Part shown: in pieces, positions 19,229 through 29,405 of the stretch
Numbering within the stretch: position 1 is the stretch's first letter
How the letters are laid out: each line of letters begins with the position of its first letter
Source: a virus
Strand: one strand, 5' to 3'
Virus record (IMG/VR): IMGVR_UViG_3300044858_003017
Length of the DNA: 64,000 nucleotides
Program-made: the position numbers and the translations under genes
Notes under the pieces: generated by a model
Told to the model about the DNA's origin: nothing
What the model saw: only the letters and a program-made list of their open reading frames with translations
Database searches by the model: none

Positions 19229-20151
19229 AATTCTCCTAATAAATTTACAAACATTGCCATTATATTGATTTCTTTGTCTACTACATTTGCATCTTTGAAT
19301 TGTGCTTCTGCAATAATCAAAATGCAAGATGCAATATGACCATGTGCAAAATCATCTAAATTGTCATATAAAAAAGTATACATTGGAGTAAAGTCTCGTA
19401 CTTTGCTATCTGCAATTACTTGCCGTATTTTATTGAACGATGCCTTTTTATCTTTTGAATTTTTAAGAATCTCCAATATTTCTGTCATGTAATTTGCTTG
19501 TATTGCACTTGCTTTGTCTAATTGCAACGTGTTATTAACAACAGATGCCTGTGCTGCATTGATTGCACGACGAATATCTGGATATGATGCATTGATGATT
19601 GCTGCAACATCCTTGATATCATACGTAACACCCTTTTCATCTAATACTGCAACCAATCGCCTTGCAACATCTGATTTATTTGGTGGAGTAATAGCAAATG
19701 TTTGACAACGAGATTGAATTGGATCAATAATCTTTTCAACATAGTTACATGTTAAGATAAATCTAGTTGTTTTGCTATACGTTTCCATTAAATTGCGAAG
19801 AGCAGCTTGTGCATTTGGTGTCAAATAATCTGCCTCATCTAAAATAATAATTTTCCAACGTCTAAATCCAACAGTAGATGCATATCGCTTAATCTTATCT
19901 CGTACGGCATCTACCGAGTTTTCATCAGATGCATTAATATACATTAAATCTGCATCTACGCTGTTTGCGATTATTTTCGCCAACGTCGTTTTGCCTGTTC
20001 CAGCTGATCCATAAAATAAAAGATGCGGAACATCGCCATTGGAAATAAAGATTTTAACTTTTTCAATAATGTGTTCATTTCCTATATATCCTTCTAAAGT
20101 GTCTGGGCGAAATGATTCCACCCAGAGCGTATTTTCTTGTTGTCCTATCAT
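19225..20151 (-). CDS. Clamp loader large subunit (RFC / T4 gp44-like)
   Basis: WVESFRP, GSAGTGKTT, NASDE, DEAD, SRC; likely start 20151. Confidence 0.95.
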   Translation of the reverse strand: MIGQQENTLWVESFRPDTLEGYIGNEHIIEKVKIFISNGDVPHLLFYGSAGTGKTTLAKIIANSVDADLMYINASDENSVDAVRDKIKRYASTVGFRRWKIIILDEADYLTPNAQAALRNLMETYSKTTRFILTCNYVEKIIDPIQSRCQTFAITPPNKSDVARRLVAVLDEKGVTYDIKDVAAIINASYPDIRRAINAAQASVVNNTLQLDKASAIQANYMTEILEILKNSKDKKASFNKIRQVIADSKVRDFTPMYTFLYDNLDDFAHGHIASCILIIAEAQFKDANVVDKEINIMAMFVNLLGEL

Positions 20152-20152
20152 G

Positions 20153-20581
20153 TTATTTACCCGTTGAGCCAAATCCGTGCTGACCTCGTTTTGTTCCTGA
20201 TAATGAATCAGTTAATTCCCATTGAATTCGTTCTACGCGAGCCAAAATCAATTGTGCTATTCGTTCTCCGTTAGCAAATTCTACAACCGTGTTGCTATGA
20301 TTAATTAAAATAACACCAATTTCGCCTCGATAATCAGCATCAATAGTTCCTGGCGTATTTAATACAGTTACCCCGTGTTTCAATGCCAATCCGCTACGAG
20401 GACGAACTTGAATTTCAAACCCTGCAGGTATTTCTACAAACAGGCCTGTTTTTGCCAATACCCGTTCGCCTGGATTCATTACAATATGTTCTGTACATCT
20501 TACATCCATACCGGCACTTTGAGGTGTTTCATATGCCGGCAACACGTTCAATGATTCATTTATTACTTGTACTATCATCAT
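20153..20581 (-). CDS. dut: dUTPase (trimeric)
   Basis: SAGMD, RPRSGLA, GTIDADYRGE, RG..GFGSTG. Confidence 0.97.
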   Translation of the reverse strand: MMIVQVINESLNVLPAYETPQSAGMDVRCTEHIVMNPGERVLAKTGLFVEIPAGFEIQVRPRSGLALKHGVTVLNTPGTIDADYRGEIGVILINHSNTVVEFANGERIAQLILARVERIQWELTDSLSGTKRGQHGFGSTGK

Positions 20582-20582
20582 A

Positions 20583-21293
20583 TTAATTTTGTAACATTAC
20601 TAACCAATAGGTTGATTCAAAATCTGAACCTTTAAATTCAATTCTAGATAATCCATCCGGAGATACTTTTAATTCTCCTGAATCACCACGATTAGCTACA
20701 AGTACTTCTTTTAATTTGTCTGCCGAAAAACAAACCGGATCCATATTGTCAATATTAGTGGGGCCAACTTCAAAAGAAATATTATCTGCATTTACCGTTG
20801 TATAATTGATAATGAATTTTACTTGTCCATTAATTACTTGCACTGCAAAATTCTTTGCATCAGGTAATGCATTTTTTGCTTTGATAAATTTGCTAACAAA
20901 TTCTTCATTAACCGGAATGGTTACTTGATAATCAGGTTCTGCATTGATTGATGGTACTGCGGGAATAACTGTCGTGTCAGCTAACATGAAAGTTGCTTGT
21001 GTGCTACCTTCTGAAATTTTCATAGCATAATTCTTACCTGCCGCATCTTTTACATCGATTGCAATATTTTCACCTAATGCTCCTAGCATTTTAATCAATG
21101 CTCCAGTGTGGTTAATACCCAACATACCTTTCATAAAAGGAGTCGTATTCCATTTAATTTTACCTACTACGGTTTGATCCATATCAATCAATTCACAATT
21201 AATTGAATTTTCTTGTTCTTTTAAGATAACCGCTTCGCAGTTTCCTGCTAAATAATAACGATTAATGAACGATTGTAACTTGCTTTTTTCCAT
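20583..21293 (-). CDS. DNA sliding clamp (T4 gp45/PCNA-like)
   Basis: 236 aa, next to the clamp loader, PCNA-like C-terminal strand (STYWLV). Confidence 0.75.
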   Translation of the reverse strand: MEKSKLQSFINRYYLAGNCEAVILKEQENSINCELIDMDQTVVGKIKWNTTPFMKGMLGINHTGALIKMLGALGENIAIDVKDAAGKNYAMKISEGSTQATFMLADTTVIPAVPSINAEPDYQVTIPVNEEFVSKFIKAKNALPDAKNFAVQVINGQVKFIINYTTVNADNISFEVGPTNIDNMDPVCFSADKLKEVLVANRGDSGELKVSPDGLSRIEFKGSDFESTYWLVMLQN

Positions 21294-21306
21294 TATTTAT
21301 TCCAAT

Positions 21307-22566
21307 TTAAAATGTAAAGAATTTATTAAAATTTTCTGCATCGGTAGTCGATATACTGCTACCACCGAATTTTTTATATGTTTTGATGTATTTTTCATAT
21401 ACTTGCGGCGCCGAATCCGGATCTGCAAACATTTCATGTAATGACAAAATTACATCGTATAAGTCTCTTGGTATTACTGTTTCTAACAATTCCACGTGAC
21501 TATCAACCAATTGATTGATTTCATTTGCTGCCTGTACATACAAATGCGTATTGTGAACTACCATTCTTGGCATAGCTTCCTGTGAATAACGATCTAAACC
21601 TGCATCTGTCTTTCCGCCTAGCAATTCATATGTAAAATCTTTACAGGCAGGACAACCTAATGCACAAGGAACATGTTGAGTTAAATCAATTGCAACCTCT
21701 CCGGTTTTACCTTGTTTGATATGTGCCTTTCTGCGATATTCAGCATTCTTCGGAAAATACAATTCAGAAAATGTTTGTGACTTGTAATTTGTTGAATGCA
21801 AATATGTTCCAAATACTGGATATTGACCCGGAGAAGAAGAATCTGTTGTAATATAAATTCTATTTCCGGTATGCGCATTCATCAATTTTTGCAATGTAGC
21901 CAAAATAAAGAAATCTGATATTTTGCTAATGCCTAACAAGTGAACATATTCTAATCGTTTATTTTCAAATTCGCGCTCTTTAAGCATCAAAGAAACCGCA
22001 AACATGAAATCAACTAATTTTTGCGGGCCTCCAATCGCCCAACCTTGAAAATCAAAATGCTTAAATTTATGATACCACCAAGTATATTCATCGGTATTTG
22101 AACCTTGCAACATGTTTAAGAATTTTGTCTTACCGCTTTGATGTTTTTCAAACCAAGCAAAATTATCAAAACTAATGTCAGCACAATGTGCAAATTGATT
22201 GCGATATTTTGTTTTAGGTGGGATATCTAAGTTAGCTGCTACATCGCTATTTGCTTCTAACCAATGAAATATCTTTTCTCGTAATTCATTGCTATATGGT
22301 AATGCACCCGTTGCAATCTGATAACCTCCTGAGTCACCAAATACTAGCACATCTTTTTCTAATCCCAATTGATCGCGAAAATCCATTTTCTTGTAATGAT
22401 GCCCTGCCGTAACCAGAAAGTATGGATGTCTCCATTCTGCAGGATATCTAGAATCAAAGAATTTTACTGGATCGCCGCTTTCGAACTTCATATCTTTCTT
22501 AAATGCAGATACCATAGATCCTGCAGATAAAGATGGAAAGTATATGAATCTTTTATTTTCTGCCAT
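21307..22566 (-). CDS. dpdA: TGT-fold DNA guanine transglycosylase (DpdA-like)
   Basis: DSGGYQ, LDIPP, LQG, WAIGG, HLLG, TTDSSSP, CxxxCxxC...HN; clustered with folE/queD/queE. Confidence 0.8.
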   Translation of the reverse strand: MAENKRFIYFPSLSAGSMVSAFKKDMKFESGDPVKFFDSRYPAEWRHPYFLVTAGHHYKKMDFRDQLGLEKDVLVFGDSGGYQIATGALPYSNELREKIFHWLEANSDVAANLDIPPKTKYRNQFAHCADISFDNFAWFEKHQSGKTKFLNMLQGSNTDEYTWWYHKFKHFDFQGWAIGGPQKLVDFMFAVSLMLKEREFENKRLEYVHLLGISKISDFFILATLQKLMNAHTGNRIYITTDSSSPGQYPVFGTYLHSTNYKSQTFSELYFPKNAEYRRKAHIKQGKTGEVAIDLTQHVPCALGCPACKDFTYELLGGKTDAGLDRYSQEAMPRMVVHNTHLYVQAANEINQLVDSHVELLETVIPRDLYDVILSLHEMFADPDSAPQVYEKYIKTYKKFGGSSISTTDAENFNKFFTF

Positions 22567-23581
22567 CGTATTCCTTTAGTTTATTAATTAATTTAGTTGC
22601 TGAAAAAAATTTATTATGTAATTTGTCTACCAATTGTGTAATTTGTCCAGCTATATTGTGTTGTTCATATCGCAATATTGCTGCTACCGCTTCATCTACA
22701 CTGTCTGCTTGTTTAAACATTGGGTCATACATTTCTGTATATGATAATCGATTTGGAACAATTGGACATGCTCCTGCGCACGCTGATTCATACATTGAAA
22801 TGCCCAATGTTTCTTGATCTGCAAATGACACTGCAAATTTAGCTCGACGAAGCAATTCGTGATATTCTGTTTTTGTCAAATTCATTTCCATTGCTACACA
22901 AAATTGATAATGTGCCAATTCTGGTCGAGCAGCTAATTCTTGAAATAAATCTAAACGTTTCTCTGGTGCAATGCGATGCGGAAACACAATGATATCTTCT
23001 TTTAATACCCAACGCTTTGGTTCAATCATATTGCGTGTATATTCCATGGGCCAACCTGTCTTATTGAAAGTTGGATCATGATATATATCATATGTTTTAT
23101 TCATTAAATCAAAATGTGCCTTAGTTGCCAACCAATTATGTTCGTATGATGCAATCATTGCTTGTTCAGCGTGTCGTATCCATGGTTTATCTCCTACGAG
23201 ACGACCTAAAAAGTCATTTGGGTCATATGAACCCGCGTGCCAAAGTCCGTGCGTTACAACAGGAATATTTAAAAGTTCACTCATATATTTTACATTGACA
23301 ATACCCGGATGCCAAGCATCTGTAAAAATGATATGGTCGCCTGCTTGTATTTTTCCTTGCGTAAACCATGATGCCAATTTATGTACTTGCGTTGACTTAT
23401 ACATATTGGTACCGCCGAAATTCAAAAAGGCACCTGGTGTTGCAGCTTCTGGAATTGTAGTATCGCCCTCAACTACTTCAACATCAAATCCATTGTCTCG
23501 AAGCAATTGCGGTACATGATTTTTCCATTCGCAAGTATAGCGAGTTGGAACTGATTCTATGTCTACTAAATATATTTTCAT
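22553..23581 (-). CDS. GT-B glycosyltransferase-like protein
   Basis: FPHRIAPEK, QETLGISMYE (Ex7E), PNRLSYTE. Confidence 0.8.
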   Translation of the reverse strand: MKIYLVDIESVPTRYTCEWKNHVPQLLRDNGFDVEVVEGDTTIPEAATPGAFLNFGGTNMYKSTQVHKLASWFTQGKIQAGDHIIFTDAWHPGIVNVKYMSELLNIPVVTHGLWHAGSYDPNDFLGRLVGDKPWIRHAEQAMIASYEHNWLATKAHFDLMNKTYDIYHDPTFNKTGWPMEYTRNMIEPKRWVLKEDIIVFPHRIAPEKRLDLFQELAARPELAHYQFCVAMEMNLTKTEYHELLRRAKFAVSFADQETLGISMYESACAGACPIVPNRLSYTEMYDPMFKQADSVDEAVAAILRYEQHNIAGQITQLVDKLHNKFFSATKLINKLKEYDGRK

Positions 23582-23937
23582 GCTTTAGATCGTTTTATGA
23601 TTGCACCATTTTCCCAATCTTCCCACACTTCTACTTTATAAAGAGACGGGAATTGTTCTAGTAACCATTCTCCAATTGCCTCGCAACTCATTGAGCCAAA
23701 TTCTAATACGTTAGTCGTATCCTCAGTAAACCCAATTCGAAGTTCTTTTTGAATTGCACGATTCAACAAAATAAATTCTTCATCACGATCTGTATGCGTT
23801 ACTCGTGCATAACAACGGAATCCAAACATATGTCGATGGCGTTCTGATAAAAATGCTACTTCCGGAAAAACGTCTTTTGCATCGGGCCAACAATGGAACC
23901 CTTCGATACTAAATGTTACTACTACGCTGTACTTCAT
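23578..23937 (-). CDS. QueD-paralog T-fold protein, DpdL-like (putative CDG decarboxylase)
   Basis: GFHCW, LSERHRHMF (LxxxHRHxF), EEFI, SCE, EDWENGA. Confidence 0.65.
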   Translation of the reverse strand: MKYSVVVTFSIEGFHCWPDAKDVFPEVAFLSERHRHMFGFRCYARVTHTDRDEEFILLNRAIQKELRIGFTEDTTNVLEFGSMSCEAIGEWLLEQFPSLYKVEVWEDWENGAIIKRSKA

Positions 23938-24340
23938 CTGCTATTAATTTTTTATATTTAGTTGTTGACCAACCGTGGTCTCTGTTTAAGTATTGAATTG
24001 GAAGATCTAAATCATCGCCCGTAAATTTCTTTCCGACGTAATCATCACCTAAATACCGAACATATTCGGCGGATTTGTTTTCAGCAAACCGCTTTAATTT
24101 ATAATGCAATTCCGATTCCAATGTATATGGAATAACATGATTAACGTGTCGCAATGCAATCAACATCGATGTTCGATCTTTAACTGAAAGAACTGGTTTC
24201 ATTTTTTCGGGACGTTCAATCGTTGGATCGGTTTGGAGCAATACCCATATCTGATCACATTCATCTTCCATTTGTTCAAACATTTCAATGTAGCCTGGAT
24301 GTAATACATCGAAACTACCGGCAATAAGTCCTATCTTCAT
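23909..24340 (-). CDS. Cytidylyltransferase (TagD/RfaE-like)
   Basis: GSFDVLHPGY (HxGH variant), G.DY, R...WSTT. Confidence 0.85.
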   Translation of the reverse strand: MKIGLIAGSFDVLHPGYIEMFEQMEDECDQIWVLLQTDPTIERPEKMKPVLSVKDRTSMLIALRHVNHVIPYTLESELHYKLKRFAENKSAEYVRYLGDDYVGKKFTGDDLDLPIQYLNRDHGWSTTKYKKLIADEVQRSSNI

Positions 24341-24759
24341 TGTCTATCAAATTTATAGTCATCTGGAGTAACTTGTTGCATATTGTGAACCGTTGTGCAA
24401 TATAAAGAATAATCTGCATACACAACTTTGATGCTATCTGTTTGTTTTAACAATGCAGCATCTTCACAATCTAACATCAATAAAATGTGTGCTCTAATTC
24501 TAATCATAGGTGGTACGTGTTTTAACATACCAGGAGTAACTTCTATGGTAACAAATGTAGTATCTGTTATCATTGCAAATACCGAATCCCATGATTGATT
24601 TTTAATTAATTGCTCTGTTGCCGGAGAACAAAAATAAATGTGTGCACAAGGTGTTAATTTTTTATACATTGCCTTGACATCTGCAATAAACAATGTTTCG
24701 ATATCTGTAAAGCGTCCTTCAACTTCTTTACCATACCAATGCGTTCTATAACCAATCAT
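24337..24759 (-). CDS. Hypothetical protein of the dpd operon
   Basis: First ORF of the coupled run leading to dpdA. Confidence 0.65.
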   Translation of the reverse strand: MIGYRTHWYGKEVEGRFTDIETLFIADVKAMYKKLTPCAHIYFCSPATEQLIKNQSWDSVFAMITDTTFVTIEVTPGMLKHVPPMIRIRAHILLMLDCEDAALLKQTDSIKVVYADYSLYCTTVHNMQQVTPDDYKFDRQ

Positions 24760-24763
24760 ATTA

Positions 24764-24794
24764 TATTATAATGAATTTATTCTTATTTTCCAAA
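24764..24794 (-). promoter_or_regulatory. Putative early/middle promoter TTTGG-N18-TTATAATA
   Basis: Same architecture recurs at about 8 intergenic sites. Confidence 0.45.
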
Positions 24795-27299
24795 TGAAAA
24801 GAATTTTGCTACCGAATTATTTTCTGGAAATGCACCCCAATTCATTGCAGCATAAAAATCATCAAGTTTATTTTTCAATTCCTTTTCAAAGATTTTATTG
24901 CGGTCAATATATTGTGCAACGAAATCGATGGTTTGTTGTGGATCTTCATATCCTCGCAATGCCATCGTATCGAAGCCAAATGGATTATCTGACAAATATG
25001 CCCATTTTACTTTTTCACCATTTTGAATAGGTTGAATATCTCGAATGCCATACATTGATAACAAATCATTGAAATTGATTGCAGATTTAACGTGTGCCGG
25101 AGTACCTTTCTCATATCCAGTAAATGGTTTGCGGCCTTTTGTAAATTTTGATATTTCTTTGACTCCAGAATTTTTCATTACATTTAATACCGGAGATGAT
25201 TTTAATCCAGATTTAAATTTGTGAATCATATCCGTAGTTTCGGTTTTATCCTTTTCCTTTAACACGTGCCACAATGTTTCTTTCATGATTTTTTTGAAAT
25301 CTTCTGGAAATGACGACCTAACAACATCTAATCCTTTGATATCAAGTTTATCCGTAGGTTTACCTTCTTTAAAAATAACCCATTGTGCATATCTCTTTTT
25401 AGCAATCCATAAACCAGACTTTGCAACATATTCTTGTTTGATTTGCCAACGATGTGATTCGGTATTGTGAAATACAACGGCATATCGGTCATACATTGTG
25501 TTTACTAACTTTTGTACTTCTGATGCAATTGCATTGGTTTGGTCAATCATAAATTGTTCATCTGATTCATCAAATCCAGGAAACCGCTTTTCAATAAGTG
25601 GTAAGCTAGATACGAATGTTGAATCTGTATCTGTGTAAAAAGCAAATTCTGCTTTACCATTGGTTGCATTAATAAAATGATCTTGTCCCGTTTCTTTTGC
25701 ATAATGATTGTTAATTACCTTTGCTGAAAATTTAATTACACTTTGACCCGTAGCGGTAATTGCACCTGCATTATCTAAATCGTGAAAGCGAAATGTTTTG
25801 AGTCCTAATACTCCATAAAATGAATTAAGCAATACTTTTTGTGTTAATTGCAATGCATCGTAGAATTTATATTCTTCTGTTCCAACTGCATATTCATCTC
25901 GTTTGTCTTTATATGTAACCCGTTCATCAAACCATTTTTCTAGAATCGTCGGTAAGAAGCCTTTGATGTCTGTACGATACACTGCACCATTACTTGCAAC
26001 GGTATGTTGTTTGTCTTGCAACCATTGCTTAACATTTTGTACATATGTGCCATCAACAAATTTAGCTTGTTGTGCATCGTCTTTCAATAAGCATTCTTGA
26101 TTCCAATTTGAAATAACACCTATTTTAGTTTCTGGTGAAATATTCAAACTCATGATGATGCTTGGATATAGTGACGTTAAATCTAAGTCATAAATCCATT
26201 TATACAATCCTGGTATTGGATCTTTTACATATGCTCCTGCAAGTGCATCGGCTTCTGATTCTTCTTCAACAAATCTAAATTGTTTGTTGGGAGCAACTAA
26301 TCCATTGCGTTTTAAATCTACAATCGCTGCACCATCTAAGTATTTGGATGCATAATACACATCTTCATATGGAACATGTCCTTTATGGCATATGGTCCTT
26401 GCAAGTGCAATTAATTGCAGCTTTTCATCCATTTCGTAAATAAGGTCAACGTCTGTTACGTTATATTCAACAAATTTGTGAATGTCCGTTGCAAACAATT
26501 GATCCAAATCTCCATCATATTCAACTTTACCTCTGCCCAATTCTTTTTTTGCAACAGTATCCAAACGATAATTTGGTAACTCGGTATATGTAAACTTTTT
26601 GTATAATGTTAAGTAATCTAAACTAGATACACCAAATATTTTGTATCTTTCTCGATTCTTGTTCCATTCAACAATACCTGCGGGAGATAATTTTTTAACT
26701 GCCTGTGCACCTAATACTTTTTTGATGCGATTAACAAGATATGGAATATCGAAATTATCTGTATTCCAACCCGTAATTACTGTGGGTTGTATTTCTGCAA
26801 ATGCATTAATGAACCGCATGAGCATTGTTGCTTCAGAATCAAATATTTCCACATCATATTTATTAGTAGAAAATGAATCGTGTTTTACTCTTCTTGCTTC
26901 ATCTAACAACAAAACTTTCATGGTACGCCCAGCTTTATCATAATATGCAATGGACGTTATTTGTGAACGAGCTTCATCAGGAGTCGAATACCCATCTTCG
27001 TCCCGTTCTACTTCGATATCAAAGAAAAAGTCTCTATGTCCTTTTGAAACTAAATCGCTTTCGTAATAAAGGTCAATAAGCGTACGCATTTCTTCATTTA
27101 AATCTGATTCATATGCGGATGAGTTATCTCTCCAATTGCCATCTACCTTCGATAATCTAACTCCATCCAAAGATTGATGTTGTCCCGAATCATCTGGCAA
27201 ATATGCATATGGTTTGAATGGAAACTTTTGATGTCCCAATTCATCATCCCATATGTGCATAATGCCATTCTTTTTGTCGTAACCTATTGCTTGATACAT
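24783..27299 (-). CDS. DNA polymerase family B (T4 gp43-like)
   Basis: FFDIE exo I, GWN..FD, DLTSLYPS, K..LNSFYG, YTDTDS, KKRY. Confidence 0.97.
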   Translation of the reverse strand: MYQAIGYDKKNGIMHIWDDELGHQKFPFKPYAYLPDDSGQHQSLDGVRLSKVDGNWRDNSSAYESDLNEEMRTLIDLYYESDLVSKGHRDFFFDIEVERDEDGYSTPDEARSQITSIAYYDKAGRTMKVLLLDEARRVKHDSFSTNKYDVEIFDSEATMLMRFINAFAEIQPTVITGWNTDNFDIPYLVNRIKKVLGAQAVKKLSPAGIVEWNKNRERYKIFGVSSLDYLTLYKKFTYTELPNYRLDTVAKKELGRGKVEYDGDLDQLFATDIHKFVEYNVTDVDLIYEMDEKLQLIALARTICHKGHVPYEDVYYASKYLDGAAIVDLKRNGLVAPNKQFRFVEEESEADALAGAYVKDPIPGLYKWIYDLDLTSLYPSIIMSLNISPETKIGVISNWNQECLLKDDAQQAKFVDGTYVQNVKQWLQDKQHTVASNGAVYRTDIKGFLPTILEKWFDERVTYKDKRDEYAVGTEEYKFYDALQLTQKVLLNSFYGVLGLKTFRFHDLDNAGAITATGQSVIKFSAKVINNHYAKETGQDHFINATNGKAEFAFYTDTDSTFVSSLPLIEKRFPGFDESDEQFMIDQTNAIASEVQKLVNTMYDRYAVVFHNTESHRWQIKQEYVAKSGLWIAKKRYAQWVIFKEGKPTDKLDIKGLDVVRSSFPEDFKKIMKETLWHVLKEKDKTETTDMIHKFKSGLKSSPVLNVMKNSGVKEISKFTKGRKPFTGYEKGTPAHVKSAINFNDLLSMYGIRDIQPIQNGEKVKWAYLSDNPFGFDTMALRGYEDPQQTIDFVAQYIDRNKIFEKELKNKLDDFYAAMNWGAFPENNSVAKFFSFGK

Positions 27300-27805
27300 T
27301 AATTAACCTTGTATATGTCTTGTAATTCTCGTTTTAATCCGTTGTCATCTAATCCGTAACCAACTACCCATTCATTATCAATTTCAAATCCATGAAAGTT
27401 AGTTAAATCTACTCCACCTTTGCGTTTTAACAATGTGACAACTTTTACGCATTCTGGAATTCTACTATTTACCATAAATAACATTTCCATGATGCTGGTT
27501 CCGGAGTCACAAATATCATCTATAATATAAACTCTTTTACCGCGAAGTTCCAACTCAATTGTTTTAGTTATTAAAACTCCTCCAGAATTATCTCGTTTGT
27601 CATAAGATTTTAATCGCGCAAAATCAATTTCATGGTCAATTTTTATAGCTCTACTTAAATCTGAAAAGAAATGTATAGCACCATTAAGTACGCAAATTAA
27701 TACTGGTGGCATAATGTTGCCGGATTCGATGTGGTCTAAAGAAATTGCTTCTGCTAATTCTTTAACACGTTGTTGTATTTGTTTTTGTGTTATGAGTTTT
27801 TCCAT
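27299..27805 (-). CDS. hpt: Hypoxanthine/guanine phosphoribosyltransferase
   Basis: CVLNGA..F..DL, IIDDICDSGTS, VVGYGLD. Confidence 0.9.
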   Translation of the reverse strand: MEKLITQKQIQQRVKELAEAISLDHIESGNIMPPVLICVLNGAIHFFSDLSRAIKIDHEIDFARLKSYDKRDNSGGVLITKTIELELRGKRVYIIDDICDSGTSIMEMLFMVNSRIPECVKVVTLLKRKGGVDLTNFHGFEIDNEWVVGYGLDDNGLKRELQDIYKVN

Positions 27806-28011
27806 ATTCTATAAATTCCGTATACATTGATTGCAATAATAACTAAACTTAAAACTAGATGACTGTAATTGTCAATAAAAAAATCATATGTAATCCACCC
27901 AGTATCTCCAATGATCCAAGTAATCATTGCGGCTTTTGTCCAGCCTTTTGCATTTGAAATGTAACCAGCTAATACCAAAGCCGTACTAATCCATCCTAAA
28001 ATTTCTATCAT
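27790..28011 (-). CDS. Small 3-TM membrane protein (PQ-loop/PnuC-half-like)
   Basis: Three hydrophobic helices, ILGW..., INVYGIY. Confidence 0.55.
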   Translation of the reverse strand: MIEILGWISTALVLAGYISNAKGWTKAAMITWIIGDTGWITYDFFIDNYSHLVLSLVIIAINVYGIYRIWKNS

Positions 28012-28304
28012 TATTGTTTAATTAAGGCAATTTCTGATTCTCTTACTAAATGATATTTTTCTCCGGCAATTGAAATTTCTTTGTGATCTCCAATTTGGTT
28101 GGAATGAATCATAACTTCATTTCCTTCTTGAACTGCCATTGGAATTCTATCACCAGTTTGCGTAAAAAGACCTGGTCCTGTTTTTACTACATCAGCATAA
28201 CGATACTCATCTGTACCTGTCATAATGATAATACCACTTTGTGTTTTGTCTGTCTTTTCTTGTAATTTTAATAAAACCTGATCTCCAGTTGGTAACCAAT
28301 TCAT
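28011..28304 (-). CDS. groES: GroES-like co-chaperonin
   Basis: PTGDQVLL, TQSGIII, GPG, LVRESEIA. Confidence 0.9.
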   Translation of the reverse strand: MNWLPTGDQVLLKLQEKTDKTQSGIIIMTGTDEYRYADVVKTGPGLFTQTGDRIPMAVQEGNEVMIHSNQIGDHKEISIAGEKYHLVRESEIALIKQ

Positions 28305-28318
28305 AACTTATTCCTTTT

Positions 28319-28564
28319 TTAATTAAACATTTTTCTAATTGCATCTTCCGTAATGTTGTTTCCAACGATGCGCCCTATTCCATAATCATTCATTGTGATG
28401 ATTACACACGGAACACTTTTAACTCCATACTTATCGCAAGTTGCTTTATTTGCATCTACATCGATAATTTGTATAGGAAGCTCTGCAGATAATCGTTCTA
28501 TTCTTGGTCGCAATGCTTTACATGGCTCGCACCAAGATGCTGTAAAATAAAGTATTTTTTTCAT
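28319..28564 (-). CDS. Thioredoxin
   Basis: FTASWCEPCK, IDVD, SVP. Confidence 0.9.
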   Translation of the reverse strand: MKKILYFTASWCEPCKALRPRIERLSAELPIQIIDVDANKATCDKYGVKSVPCVIITMNDYGIGRIVGNNITEDAIRKMFN

Positions 28565-28620
28565 CGTGTTATCTCGTATATAATTTTAATATCGCCAATG
28601 GTCGTTGTTGTATAATACAT
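28561..28620 (-). CDS. 19-aa micro-ORF MYYTTTTIGDIKIIYEITR
   Basis: TGATG overlap with the queE stop and ATGA overlap with the thioredoxin start. Confidence 0.45.
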   Translation of the reverse strand: MYYTTTTIGDIKIIYEITR

Positions 28621-29405
28621 CATACTCCTCGTTTAGTGTCAAATGCAATAATATGGTCTCTTCCTGTCATGTTATATCCATATTCGGCACACATATCAAA
28701 TACCACCGGATACATATGAATTAATTCTTCTCGGGTATCGCCTGCTGGCATAATAAATGTTTTATCCTTAGGAATATTCATTTCTACCCGGAATTCTTCA
28801 ATCTCTGCTAAATTTTCTTGAGTGCCATCCCATACTGGTTTATAATGATAATCCGTATGAAATTCCATCATTTGTTTGATTGCATCTTTTTTGAGACGAA
28901 ATTTGTTATGTTGCGCCACCATCTTCTCATCCGTAATCGTCCCTTGCGGCGTAGCAACACCCACAACGGGAACACTGTTACTAAATTTAGGACTAAGACT
29001 AACCAAGCCGATAGGGTAATCAGTGGCAATAAAATGAGATCCTTCCGTCTCAATCGTGATAAGAATGTTTCTTTCATGTGCAAAATGCGTTAATTCATTT
29101 ACCAATGCCGGATGCATCGTTGGCGATCCACCAGTTAACATCATTTCTTTGATATGAGGATTTTCATCATATATCTTGATAATGTCATTGAAACAGAATG
29201 TTCCTTTTTCTGGGTGTATACTTGTATACCAACTATCACACCAACCGCCTTCGCCAAAGAAGCAACGATGCGTGCATCCTGTAGTTCGTACTGCTATTGT
29301 AGGTCTACCAAATCGGCTTCCTTCTGATTGAACGCATCTATACAATTCAACAATTGGTAATACTTTATCGTAGTCTGTGATTCTTTTAGAATGGGAGGTC
29401 GTCAT
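28620..29405 (-). CDS. queE: 7-carboxy-7-deazaguanine synthase (radical SAM)
   Basis: QSEG..GRP, RTTGCTHRC...WCD, TGG.P, IETEG, SPK; start may be 29405 or 29432. Confidence 0.92.
   Translation of the reverse strand: MTTSHSKRITDYDKVLPIVELYRCVQSEGSRFGRPTIAVRTTGCTHRCFFGEGGWCDSWYTSIHPEKGTFCFNDIIKIYDENPHIKEMMLTGGSPTMHPALVNELTHFAHERNILITIETEGSHFIATDYPIGLVSLSPKFSNSVPVVGVATPQGTITDEKMVAQHNKFRLKKDAIKQMMEFHTDYHYKPVWDGTQENLAEIEEFRVEMNIPKDKTFIMPAGDTREELIHMYPVVFDMCAEYGYNMTGRDHIIAFDTKRGV

Noticed and set aside
21307-22566. Canonical tRNA-guanine transglycosylase for queuosine
   Set aside because: It is divergent from bacterial Tgt, no queA/queF/queG is present, and it is embedded among replisome genes; a DNA target is more likely, though untested.
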